A DNA stretch of 64,000 nucleotides from Spirochaetota bacterium. GTDB taxonomy: Bacteria > Spirochaetota > Spirochaetia > Treponematales > UBA12059. Under the pieces are notes generated by a model. That model was given only the letters and a program-made list of their open reading frames with translations. It was not told where the DNA came from and searched no databases. The DNA lies in the NCBI GenBank assembly GCA_026398615.1, contig JAPLSN010000041.1, forward strand, positions 2,578-66,577, given 5' to 3'. Every line of letters starts with the position of its first letter. The first letter of the stretch is position 1. The position numbers and the translations under genes were made by a program. Positions 18,962 through 28,096 of the stretch are shown piece by piece.

Positions 18962-19194
18962 GGGGCAGGATAGTAAATTGAAAACGTTCCGGCCGCAACA
19001 GGAAATGTCCGTTCGAAGCAGGAAAACCGTCTTGACACCGCCATCACCCTCGATGATGATATTCGCGGAATATAGAGCCAATTTAAAAAGTCGGTTGCTT
19101 CTGAAATTGGCTTTGCGATTATCGCCAGAATACTGGCGCTCGCGGTTCGTGACATTTGGATGAACCGCTATGTAAATCGTGCATCAAAAAGGCA

Positions 19195-19228
19195 GCACTT
19201 TCAAAATGCATCTGCATTTTGAAAGTGC
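19195..19228. repeat. Perfect 16-bp inverted repeat with a 2-nt spacer
   Basis: GCACTTTCAAAATGCA-TC-TGCATTTTGAAAGTGC, immediately upstream of TACAAT (19232-19237). Confidence 0.95.
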
Positions 19229-19256
19229 CTCTACAATATTCACGAGGAGGATGTCG

Positions 19257-19766
19257 ATGAAACGATTCCTGATGATAGCGTTCGCGATGGCCTTGGCCGT
19301 TCCTGCTTTCGCCGATCCGGCGGAAGGCCTCTGGAAAAGCTTCGACGAGGAAACCGGCAAGGTCAACGCATACTGGAAGGTGTGGGTGCAGGACGGACTC
19401 CTGCGCGGAACCATCGTGAAATTGCCTGAGAAGCCGGACACCGAGAAATTCAAGGAGTTCATCGCGAAAAACCAGAAAGAATACAATAAATCGCCGTCCG
19501 CGCCGATCACGGCCAACAGTCCGATCGTGGGAACCATCTGGATGTTCGGCCTGAAACCCACCAAGACGCCCGGCCTTTGGCAGGACGGAATCGTCATCCA
19601 CTCGGGCAAAGGCAAGGTTTACAGCGCGATGTGCACCTACAAGCCCAAAAATGGCGTGGATTACCTGGATTTCCGTGGTTACATGGGTATCAAGGCCCTC
19701 GGCGCCACCTCGGTCTGGGAGCGAGTGCCCGATTCCGAGATTGCGACGCTGGGCCTCAAGAAATAG
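19257..19766 (+). CDS. DUF2147-family exported protein
   Basis: GAGGAGG RBS; signal peptide; 'GLWKSFDEETG', 'W..G.VI...GK.Y' and 'L.FRGY.GI..LG...WER' pattern. Confidence 0.85.
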   Translation: MKRFLMIAFAMALAVPAFADPAEGLWKSFDEETGKVNAYWKVWVQDGLLRGTIVKLPEKPDTEKFKEFIAKNQKEYNKSPSAPITANSPIVGTIWMFGLKPTKTPGLWQDGIVIHSGKGKVYSAMCTYKPKNGVDYLDFRGYMGIKALGATSVWERVPDSEIATLGLKK

Positions 19767-19853
19767 CGCTCCTTCTTTGCAGGCTGCTTGCATGCACGAA
19801 ACATGCCGGCTGCCCGTTCATGCAGCCGATCCCGAAAAGGGTCGGCCTTTCCG

Positions 19854-20717
19854 TCATGCGCCATACACGACGATCGACTCAAAGCGCTTGCGGGGAAACG
19901 CGATTTCTTCCTGCGACTGGATGAGCCTGAGTTCCCGCCCCCCATCCGCGTAAGTACGTTCCAGTACGGAGAAAACACCGTCCGCGGTGAATTCCATGGC
20001 GTCCCACGGGCTTCCCGTCTTGATGAAGTGGGCCAGGAAGAGCGCAGAGGCGAGATCTCCTGCGCCGTTGGGAGCCGGTGAAAACGGCAGTTCCGGGGTG
20101 TATATCACGCGGCATTCCAGGCCGTCGCTCAGGAACATGGCGATCTGCCCGGCTTCAAGCCGCTTCGGCCGGTAGCTCGTGACAAGCACGATGCGCGGTC
20201 CGAGGGCATGCAGGGCCCCGGCCGCGCGCCTGGCGTCGTCATCGTCGAGCATGCGGACGCCGCTCAACGCCTCCGCTTCGAACTGGTTCGGCGTGATGAT
20301 GTCCGCTTGGGGCATTGCGGACTTCCGCATGAACTCGGGAATTCCCTCGCGGACGAAAAAACCGCGTCCGTAATCGCCCATCACGGGGTCGCAGCAATAT
20401 AGAGCCCGCGGATTGGCCTCCTTCACCGCGCGAACCGCCCGCAGTACGGCGTCGCCGGTGCTCGAGTCACCCATGTATCCCGACAGCACCGCGGAACATG
20501 AGGAGAGGACGCCCCGCTCGGCGATGCCGGAAAACACGTTGTCGATGTGGGAGCCGGAAAAAACCTCGCCCTTCCAGGAGCCGTATCCGGTATGGTTCGA
20601 GAACTGCACCGTATTGATGATCCAAACGTCGAAACCGAGCCGTTCCAGGGGGAAGGCCGCGGACCTGTTGCCGACGTACCCGTACGCGACGTGGGACTGG
20701 ATCGAAAGGATGGACAA
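19854..20717 (-). CDS. pdxY: Pyridoxal kinase
   Basis: SILSIQSHVAYGYVGN, VQFSNHTGY, CDPVMGD, TPNQFE, GAGD. TTG start at 20717 with a GGAGG RBS. Confidence 0.95.
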   Translation of the reverse strand: MSILSIQSHVAYGYVGNRSAAFPLERLGFDVWIINTVQFSNHTGYGSWKGEVFSGSHIDNVFSGIAERGVLSSCSAVLSGYMGDSSTGDAVLRAVRAVKEANPRALYCCDPVMGDYGRGFFVREGIPEFMRKSAMPQADIITPNQFEAEALSGVRMLDDDDARRAAGALHALGPRIVLVTSYRPKRLEAGQIAMFLSDGLECRVIYTPELPFSPAPNGAGDLASALFLAHFIKTGSPWDAMEFTADGVFSVLERTYADGGRELRLIQSQEEIAFPRKRFESIVVYGA

Positions 20718-20766
20718 GAAAGCCTCCCTCCGGCGGACGGGAACATCGTCGCATGATTCCCCGGCA

Positions 20767-21966
20767 TCAGGAACCGGGACGCCACGCGGATTCCGCCAGT
20801 TCCGCCAGGCAATCACGCAGGAATACGTTGAGAAGATCAAGCCCTTCCGACGTCGGTGCCGGACCCCGTTCCCCTGCGATGACGAGATCGGGATGCCTGT
20901 CGATCGACCGCCCGAACAGGGTTTCTATCCCGACGCCGAAACGCCTGTGAAATTCGGGAGCGTCGACTCCGCGGAAGGTCCGCATACCCATCATGAGGAA
21001 CTCGAAGGCGGCATCCCGCGGCGCCACGATCTCTTCCGACGAGCTTCCCACTGGATCGGCGATGTATTCGTCGAGGTCGCGCGCGCAGTTCGAGCGCGCC
21101 ACCGATCCGTCGGGCAGGGACACGCTTCCCGAAGCCGAAGGTCCGACGCCGATCCAGGAACCGCTTTCCCAGTAGCGCTGATTGTGACGGGATTCCTGTC
21201 CGGGGAACGCATAATTGGAGACTTCGTACCGGCGGAGGCCGGCGGCGCCCATGATCCGCTCGGCCTCGCAGCGTGCGGCCCGGTCGGAATCCTCGCCGGG
21301 AAGCCGCGTGCGACCGGCGCGCACCGCCCCGGCCAGCGGTGTAGCAGCTTCGAGCGTCAGGTCGTAGAGCGAGACATGGCCCGCGCCCGCATCGATGGCG
21401 CGGACGAGCCCGCCGGTCAAGCTGGCCGGGGTTTGACCGGGCAGGCCACAGATGAAATCCGCGGAGAACCTTCCGCTCCATTCAGCCGCGATCAAGTCCA
21501 GCGCCCGAAGGGCATCGGCCTTCGTCGTCGATGCGCGCCCGGCAGCCCGAAGCACGTCGTCGTCCATGTCCTGGAGACCGAGACTCACGCGGTTCACTCC
21601 CGCGTCCCGCAAAACGCGGAGCTTTCCCGCGTCCAGGCTCTCGGGATTGGCTTCGCAGCTCCACTCGCCGACCGGTGCAGGTCCCGACAGGTTGGCGAGG
21701 CCTTCGATGAGGCGGACGAATGCGCCCATCGGCAGCGCCGTCGGCGTCCCGCCTCCCACGTAGATCGTGTCGAAGCCGGAAGCGCCGGACCTGTCGGCCA
21801 GGATTCCCGTGTGCGCGAGCACGGCAGCGACATAGCCGTCGGCCAGCGCCGAATCCAGGCAGGTTCCGACAGGAAGCGAATAAAAATCGCAATAAGCGCA
21901 TTTCGCGCGGCAAAAGGGAACATGCACGTACAGCGACAATGGCCCCGCCGACGCGCGGGATTTCAC
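20767..21966 (-). CDS. hemW: Radical SAM heme chaperone HemW (HemN-like)
   Basis: LYVHVPFCRAKCAYCDF, TIYVGGGTP, EANPES, YEVSNYA, HNQRYW. Confidence 0.93.
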   Translation of the reverse strand: MKSRASAGPLSLYVHVPFCRAKCAYCDFYSLPVGTCLDSALADGYVAAVLAHTGILADRSGASGFDTIYVGGGTPTALPMGAFVRLIEGLANLSGPAPVGEWSCEANPESLDAGKLRVLRDAGVNRVSLGLQDMDDDVLRAAGRASTTKADALRALDLIAAEWSGRFSADFICGLPGQTPASLTGGLVRAIDAGAGHVSLYDLTLEAATPLAGAVRAGRTRLPGEDSDRAARCEAERIMGAAGLRRYEVSNYAFPGQESRHNQRYWESGSWIGVGPSASGSVSLPDGSVARSNCARDLDEYIADPVGSSSEEIVAPRDAAFEFLMMGMRTFRGVDAPEFHRRFGVGIETLFGRSIDRHPDLVIAGERGPAPTSEGLDLLNVFLRDCLAELAESAWRPGS

Positions 21967-22706
21967 TTCGCAGGACCGAATCGACCGACCGGCCAGTAGC
22001 GCAGGATCACCAGCGAAAGGATCGACGATGACGGGATGGGGCCGTACATCCGCGAGTCCATGGCGCCGGACCGGTTGTCACCGGCCACGAAATACTCGTC
22101 GGGACCAAGGAGCAATTCGCCGTGCTCGCCGGACAGGGGGAATTCGGATGGCCACCCTTCGGGAATCCCGTCCTTGACGATGTCGTACGCATCGCCCGAC
22201 AGTTCGAATTCCGTGAGGAAATGCGGTTCTCCCCCCGGCTTCACGTAGTAGACGAAATGCTTCTGGTAGAGCAGGTCGCCGGGAACGCCGATGACGCGCT
22301 TGACGCTCCGCCATGCGATGCCCGAAAAGGCGTCGATGATGCCGATCCGCTGGAAGGACAGGAAGCGGACGACGGTGTCCGCCGCGCGGACAAACCATGC
22401 CGAACGCGTGCGGAAGGGCGCGTCCACCACGACGATGTCGCCCCGCCGCGGCTTCGAGATGCCGGGCGCATGGAATCCGAAAAGTTCGTTCCGCGCGCCG
22501 TAGAGGACGGGAGTCGACAGGACGATGTCGCCCTTTTCGAGGGTCGGGGTCATCGAGAGGGATTCGACCGAGTAGGCTTTCAGGAAAAAACCGGCGATGA
22601 CGCCGTAGGCCAGGAAGATGATGACGAGGACGCGGAGACGCTTGGCGAATATTCTCCGGTTCTGCATCTGGTCGGAATAGGATGTGCGATGCTTCATCGT
22701 CGTCAT
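21963..22706 (-). CDS. lepB: Signal peptidase I (second copy)
   Basis: SLSMTPTL (catalytic Ser), VKRVIGVPGD (catalytic Lys), YFVAGDNRSGAMDSRMYG. Confidence 0.9.
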   Translation of the reverse strand: MTTMKHRTSYSDQMQNRRIFAKRLRVLVIIFLAYGVIAGFFLKAYSVESLSMTPTLEKGDIVLSTPVLYGARNELFGFHAPGISKPRRGDIVVVDAPFRTRSAWFVRAADTVVRFLSFQRIGIIDAFSGIAWRSVKRVIGVPGDLLYQKHFVYYVKPGGEPHFLTEFELSGDAYDIVKDGIPEGWPSEFPLSGEHGELLLGPDEYFVAGDNRSGAMDSRMYGPIPSSSILSLVILRYWPVGRFGPAK

Positions 22707-22708
22707 CG

Positions 22709-23686
22709 CTACCGGATCGGACCGATCCTCCCGACGGGCCAATAGATGAAACGGGCCTTCCCGAGAACCTTCTTCCCGGAAACGGTACCGAAATACCGTG
22801 CATCCCTGGAATTGTCGCGGTTGTCTCCCATGGGGAAGATGCGGTCGTCGGCGACATACCAGCCCGTCTCCCGGCGCCTCGACTCCTCCGCGAACCTGCG
22901 TTCCTGGGGAGCCATCGCGTACATGGATTCGAGCATGGATTTTTCGAAGGCAAGCTGATCGTCCGCGCGGAAGGATTCAGTCCCGTTGGCCAGCGAGGGA
23001 GGGGGCGCCAGATCGGCCTGGCGATACGCGGCCAGGGTCCCGGACGCCTCGATGGCGCCGTAGGAATCGACCGCCACGCGCCGTGCCGCGTGGTACGATA
23101 CCCCGAGGGCATTCATGTGGTCGCGCTCGGCGATCCATCCGGAAGCTCCGGGAAATCTGTAATATACATCGCCCCTGACCACACGGATGCGGTCTCCGCC
23201 GATGCCGATGGCGCGCTTGATGAGATAGTGGACCCGCGGACTGCCGTCGGGTTCCCTGTCCAGGTCCACCATCGTGAGGGTCAGCATGTAGATGAATTGC
23301 TGGGCGATGGAAAAGAGGGTTCCCCTGGAAATGTAGACGGGAGTCTCGAAGATGACGACCTGGCCGCGGCGCGGGCGCTCGAGCCCGGGGAGCTTGCCGA
23401 GTCCCGGCAGGAGTTCGGGGCCGAACACGTACTTGTTCACGAAGATCATGTCGCCGATCTCGAGGGTGTCGATCATCGAGCCGGACGGTATGCGATACAT
23501 CTGGAAGATGTACTGGTTGATCACGAGCACGACGCAGACAGCCCAGAGGATCGCTTCGGCCCAATCGACGGCCCAGTGCTTGGACTGCTGGCGCATCTTC
23601 TGCCTGAGGAGTTTCTTCTTCCTCTTCGAAAGGAAGGCCTCGGTGAAATGGACGAGGGCGATGTTGAAACCGTTCTTTTCGACCAT
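22709..23686 (-). CDS. lepB: Signal peptidase I (first copy)
   Basis: YRIPSGSMIDTL, YLIKRAIG, MGDNRDNSRDARYFG. ATG 23686. Confidence 0.93.
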   Translation of the reverse strand: MVEKNGFNIALVHFTEAFLSKRKKKLLRQKMRQQSKHWAVDWAEAILWAVCVVLVINQYIFQMYRIPSGSMIDTLEIGDMIFVNKYVFGPELLPGLGKLPGLERPRRGQVVIFETPVYISRGTLFSIAQQFIYMLTLTMVDLDREPDGSPRVHYLIKRAIGIGGDRIRVVRGDVYYRFPGASGWIAERDHMNALGVSYHAARRVAVDSYGAIEASGTLAAYRQADLAPPPSLANGTESFRADDQLAFEKSMLESMYAMAPQERRFAEESRRRETGWYVADDRIFPMGDNRDNSRDARYFGTVSGKKVLGKARFIYWPVGRIGPIR

Positions 23687-23903
23687 GGTTGGCTGGAAAA
23701 TACCACGGCTCGCGGCGCGTTGACAAGTCAAGCCGTCGCTTTTTATACTGTGGACCGGCCGGAGGGAGGATGAGGAACGCGGAAAGACGTCCTTCGCATA
23801 TCCCTTTGCGTCATCGCCCGTGCCGGGAACCGGAGGCAAGCACTGCCCGAAGGACCCGGTTCCGAGGCGCTCTTCGCCGGTTTGCCGGCGGTTCGGATGA
23901 TAC

Positions 23904-25451
23904 ATGGCTGAAGAAAAGCACATCACGCAGGAAGACATAGACAGAGCCGAGGTTCACCTTCGTCCTCTCGCAGGCATCCCGCCCGGTACGTGGGTCATGG
24001 TGGTTTTCGGGTTCCTCGTCGCTGCGATCCTGTTCGCCCTCATCGTCCTGCCCGGCCTCGCGGGGTATGGCACGCTCGCGTCGTTTTCGAGCGACCCTTC
24101 TGGTGCGGCAGTGGCCGTGGACGGAAGTTATCGGGCTTCGACGCCCTGCGAGATATTCCTTCCGGCGGGAAACCACGGACTCGAAGTGGCATACCCGCGC
24201 TTCACCTCGAAAAAATGGACGGAAAACCACGGGGGAAGGCTGCTGTTCAGCTTGTTCTTGCCGAAACGGAGCTCCGTGGAAGCCGAACTCGTTCTCGCCG
24301 ATCCCTCCGGGCTGCTCGCCGATGCCCAGGCCGAGTTCGCCTCGTGGAGCCTTGTCGGAAAACCATCACCTTCCTACCAGTTCCCCATGGTCCTGTCCGA
24401 CGCGGCTGCCGCGCGTTTCGCCGATCCCGCGATCCAGGCGCCGCCAACCCGCGAACGCAGGATGTTCCTGTATGCGGCGGCGCGCAACGCCCTGTACCCC
24501 GAATCCGCGCGCGATGCGCTGCGCGCGGGTGCGCTCCTCTATTCATGGGGAGCCTCCGCTTCTCCCGCGGGAGCGCTTGCCGTCGCCGATGGATTATTAG
24601 ATGCCGTTGGAGTTGAACCCGGTGTGCTTTCGGTGCTCGAACGGTCCCTGCCCGCGGACAAGGCTGCCGAACTGCGCGCCATGCCGCTCTACTCCCGTAC
24701 TCCCAGGCTCTCCCCAAACGACGCGATCCGATCCGGCCCCGTTTTCCCGGCGCTCGCGATCGGCGGCGTCCGCTTCATCGCGGTTCCCGCCGGAGAGCAT
24801 ACCTTCGCTCCGGATGGAGCCCTCACCGCGACGCTGTCCGTCGACGGCTTTGGCATTGCCGCGACCGAAACGACCCGGGACCAGTACTCCCGCTTCATCA
24901 AGGCCAATCCCGCCTGGGCTCCGGTCGGCGCTGACAGCCTCCGCAAGGCCGGGCTCGTCGACAAAGGGTACCTTGCCGGATGGAACGAACCCGGCGCGGC
25001 CGGATCGCTGCCCGTGACCGGTGTCTCGCGGGCCGCCGCCCTTGCCTATTGCGCGTGGCTTTCGGGATCGGCGCCTGCGGGATACCGCGTCGCGCTTCCG
25101 TCGGAAATCCAGTGGGAATACGCTGCCGTGAAGGGTTCGGCGAGCGCCGGCGTCTTTGCTGCATCCGGCTCGAAGGGACCTTCTCCCGCCGGATCGGCAG
25201 GCGTCGACAAGCTCGGTATCGCCGACCTGCCCGGCAACGTCTGGGAATGGTGCGACGACCCGTTCACGCACTTCCCCACCGTCGGCGCCGAAGCCGCGGG
25301 AGCTTTCCCCGCTGCCGAATTCGTGGTTCGAGGCGGCTCCTGGGCCAATCCGAAGGGCAGCGTCGGCGTCCGCGACCGCGGATCCTTCCCCGCAGGTTTC
25401 TGTTCCCCATTCCTCGGTTTCAGGGCGGTCCTCGTCCACGCGGAACCCTGA
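23904..25451 (+). CDS. Membrane-anchored PEGA-like + FGE-sulfatase (SUMF1/C-type lectin-like) domain protein
   Basis: TM helix; ETTRDQY, PVTGVS...A.AYCAWL, LPSEIQWEYAA, GNVWEWC, RGGSW, LGFR. Lacks the FGE catalytic Cys pair. Confidence 0.85.
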   Translation: MAEEKHITQEDIDRAEVHLRPLAGIPPGTWVMVVFGFLVAAILFALIVLPGLAGYGTLASFSSDPSGAAVAVDGSYRASTPCEIFLPAGNHGLEVAYPRFTSKKWTENHGGRLLFSLFLPKRSSVEAELVLADPSGLLADAQAEFASWSLVGKPSPSYQFPMVLSDAAAARFADPAIQAPPTRERRMFLYAAARNALYPESARDALRAGALLYSWGASASPAGALAVADGLLDAVGVEPGVLSVLERSLPADKAAELRAMPLYSRTPRLSPNDAIRSGPVFPALAIGGVRFIAVPAGEHTFAPDGALTATLSVDGFGIAATETTRDQYSRFIKANPAWAPVGADSLRKAGLVDKGYLAGWNEPGAAGSLPVTGVSRAAALAYCAWLSGSAPAGYRVALPSEIQWEYAAVKGSASAGVFAASGSKGPSPAGSAGVDKLGIADLPGNVWEWCDDPFTHFPTVGAEAAGAFPAAEFVVRGGSWANPKGSVGVRDRGSFPAGFCSPFLGFRAVLVHAEP

Positions 25452-25456
25452 AAGCC

Positions 25457-25921
25457 ATGGAGAACGGCGGCGTCAAGATCATCGCCCTGAACCGCAAGGC
25501 GCGGTTCGACTACGAGATCGTCGAAACCTTCGAATGCGGCATGGAATTATCGGGCTCGGAGGTCAAATCCTTCCGGCTCGGGAAGATCAGTTTCCCCGAT
25601 GCCTTCGCCGTGATCGAAAACGGGGAGATATGGCTCCGCCAGCTCCACGTCGCCGAGTACGTCTATTCGTCCATCTTCAACCACGACCCCGACCGACCCA
25701 AACGCCTGCTCCTCCACCGCCACGAGATCAAGCGGCTCAAGCGCAAGGTCGACGAAAAAGGATTCACCCTCGTCGCGCTCGCATTCTACTTCAAGAACCG
25801 CAGGGTCAAGGTGGAACTGGGGCTGGCGAAGGGCAAGAAGCTTTTTGACTAGCGCGCGAGCATCAAGGACCGCGAAGTCAAGCGCGATCTCCGCCGGGAG
25901 ATCCGCGAGAGGAACGGCTGA
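25457..25921 (+). pseudogene. smpB: SsrA-binding protein SmpB interrupted by an in-frame TAG at 25850-25852 (nonsense allele, readthrough or assembly error)
   Basis: LNRKARFDY, GSEVKS, KRLLLHRHEI, VKVELGLAKGKKLFD-[TAG]-RASIKDREVKRDLRREIRERNG-TGA. The full frame is 154 codons and its stop abuts the rsmD start. Confidence 0.85.
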
Positions 25922-25922
25922 C

Positions 25923-26477
25923 ATGCGCATCACGGGAGGGGAATTGCGGGGGCGCATCGTCGATTGCCCGAAAGGCGATCTTGAAATCCGACCCGCGATG
26001 GACCGCATGCGCGAATCGGTGTTCGCGGTTCTTGGCGACCTGAATGGCCGTTCCTTCCTCGACCTCTTTTCCGGATCGGGCGTCCTTGCGCTCGAAGCCG
26101 CCAGTAGGGGCGCGTCTCCCGTCGTCTGCGTCGAAAAAGACCGGGGCAAATTCCCGCTGCTTCTCAGGAACGTGGCAATCGCTCCGGAACGGATCGAATG
26201 CAAGTGCCTTGCCTCCGAGCTCTTCATCAAGCGAACGAAAAGCAAATTCGACCTCATCTTCTGCGACCCGCCCTTCCCCTACCGGTTCAGGCTGTCGCTC
26301 CTCGAGTCCATCTCGGACCATGGCGTCTGCTCTCCGGGCGGGCTCGTGCTCATCCACCATCCCGGGGAGGACGGGCTCCCCGATGCCGCCGGGTCCCTCG
26401 TGGCGACCGACCGCCGCGTCTTCGGGAGATCCATCGTCGCATTCTACAGGATGTCGCCGTTGACAGGGGTCGGGTGA
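25923..26477 (+). CDS. rsmD: 16S rRNA m2G966 methyltransferase
   Basis: MRITGGELRGR, IRPAMDRMRESVF, FLDLFSGSG..ALEAASRGA, DPPF. Confidence 0.95.
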   Translation: MRITGGELRGRIVDCPKGDLEIRPAMDRMRESVFAVLGDLNGRSFLDLFSGSGVLALEAASRGASPVVCVEKDRGKFPLLLRNVAIAPERIECKCLASELFIKRTKSKFDLIFCDPPFPYRFRLSLLESISDHGVCSPGGLVLIHHPGEDGLPDAAGSLVATDRRVFGRSIVAFYRMSPLTGVG

Positions 26478-26615
26478 GTTCAGTACCGATGACAGGGCTT
26501 TCATCGTTTTTCTGTCAGTATTTCGGATTGGAACTGTCAGAAAAGCTTGTCTTTTTCATTGATTATTTGGCCGAACTCTAATACATTTCAGACAGATCAT
26601 AAACGGGATCATTAT

Positions 26616-26954
26616 ATGGATAAAAGCGTTTTCGAAAAGTTCGAAGCCGAAGGGTTCATCAAGGAAACCGATGTTCCGAACCCTGAGCTGAACCCGGAGC
26701 AGAAGTCCAGGCTGAATCGCCGTGGGAACGAGCTGTTCAATACCGGCCAGGTGGACGTCGCGCGCCGTATCTTCCAGACAACAGGATATTCCGATGGCCT
26801 CATCCGCATCGGCGACCGGTACATGGCGGAGAACCGCCATGTAGACGCGCTGAAGATGTACACATTGGCGCACGAAACGCAGAAAAGCGAGGCGCTGGCC
26901 ATGAAGATCGCTTCGGTAATACAAAACCTGATCGTCGAAAAGGAACCACAATGA
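26616..26954 (+). CDS. Conserved hypothetical protein (TPR-like, 112 aa)
   Basis: LNRRGNELFNTG...A.RIFQTTGYSDGLIRIGD; overlaps the next start codon (ATGA). Confidence 0.8.
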   Translation: MDKSVFEKFEAEGFIKETDVPNPELNPEQKSRLNRRGNELFNTGQVDVARRIFQTTGYSDGLIRIGDRYMAENRHVDALKMYTLAHETQKSEALAMKIASVIQNLIVEKEPQ

Positions 26955-28096
26955 GCGACCTACCCAACGCGGGTTTTCCGCAGCAAGACCATGAACACGA
27001 CCCGACCGGCGGGCAGAACCCCGAGATCGTCGAGATCGCGGATCTCTCCAAGCGGGGCTACCAGTACCTCAAGGAAAACAGGATGGTCGACGCGGAAACC
27101 TGTTTCGCGAAGATCATCGAACGCGATGGCGAGAACAACTATGCCCTCGTCGGCCTCGGCGACGCCGCGAGAAAACGCGGCTCGTTCCGCGACGCGGTGG
27201 ATTATTACAAGAAGTGCCTGGTCTACCATCCGGGGAACAACTACGCGTTGTTCGGCCTCGCCGACTGCTACAAGGCGCTCAACCAGTACCAGAAGGCGAT
27301 CGAGATCTGGGAGCAGTACCTCCTGCACGACAACAAGAACATCACCGTGCTCACACGTGTGGCCGACGCGTATCGAAAGGTACGGGACTTCCGCAAGTCC
27401 AAGGCGATCTACCTTCGCGTGCTCGAGATGGAAGGCGACAACCCGTATGCGCTGATAGGACTCGGCCATCTCCACTACGATTTCAAGGAGTACAAGGATG
27501 CCCTCATGTACTGGCAGAAGATGGTGGAGATGCAGGGCGATTCGGTGGATATCCGCGTCCTGACCTCCATCGGCAACTGCTACCGCAAGCTCAAGCAGTT
27601 CGAACAGGGCGTCCCGCACTTTGAAAAGGCCCTGGAGAAGGAACCGAACAATTTTTACGCGCTCTTCGGCCTTGCCGACTGCTACCGGGGTATCGGCCAG
27701 CAGGAGAAGTCGCTCAACTACTGGAACAGGATCATCGAGCAGGATCCGCGGAACAAGGTTATCCTGACCCGCGCCGGCGACGCATACCGCCACCTGGGTG
27801 ACTTCAAGCGGGCCTCGGAATACTACGAGCGGGCGCTCAATATCGAATTCGACGTCTATGCCGTCCTCGGCATGGCCGTGATAGCCCGGCTCCAGGGCAA
27901 GCACGAGGACGCCATCCAGTCGCTCAGGCGCCTCATCCAGAACGACCCCAAGAACTACCGCCTGGCGATAGAGCTGTCGGAGTGCTACCTGGCATCGGGA
28001 GACAAGCAGCGCGCGCTCGAAGCCCTCGTGGAATACCAGCGTCTCGGCATCAGGAACGTCTACATCCAGGACATGATCGCCAGAATCCAGAAATGA
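26951..28096 (+). CDS. TPR protein
   Basis: Regular 34-aa repeats (NNYALVGLGD, NNYALFGLAD, NPYALIGLGH...). Confidence 0.93.
   Translation: MSDLPNAGFPQQDHEHDPTGGQNPEIVEIADLSKRGYQYLKENRMVDAETCFAKIIERDGENNYALVGLGDAARKRGSFRDAVDYYKKCLVYHPGNNYALFGLADCYKALNQYQKAIEIWEQYLLHDNKNITVLTRVADAYRKVRDFRKSKAIYLRVLEMEGDNPYALIGLGHLHYDFKEYKDALMYWQKMVEMQGDSVDIRVLTSIGNCYRKLKQFEQGVPHFEKALEKEPNNFYALFGLADCYRGIGQQEKSLNYWNRIIEQDPRNKVILTRAGDAYRHLGDFKRASEYYERALNIEFDVYAVLGMAVIARLQGKHEDAIQSLRRLIQNDPKNYRLAIELSECYLASGDKQRALEALVEYQRLGIRNVYIQDMIARIQK

Noticed and set aside
21963-23686. Tandem signal peptidase I genes as a novelty
   Set aside because: Both retain the Ser/Lys dyad, and a tandem lepB next to hemN/hemW and smpB matches a neighbourhood I recall from spirochaetes.
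25300-25451. FGE/C-type-lectin C-terminus as a diversity-generating retroelement target
   Set aside because: No template-repeat copy, reverse transcriptase or avd gene is seen in the window.
25850-25852. Genome-wide TAG reassignment or pyrrolysine as the explanation for smpB
   Set aside because: TAG terminates several intact genes here (livH, the TPR gene ending 9107, mutL, DUF2147, DUF4340, rnz), and no pyl genes are visible.
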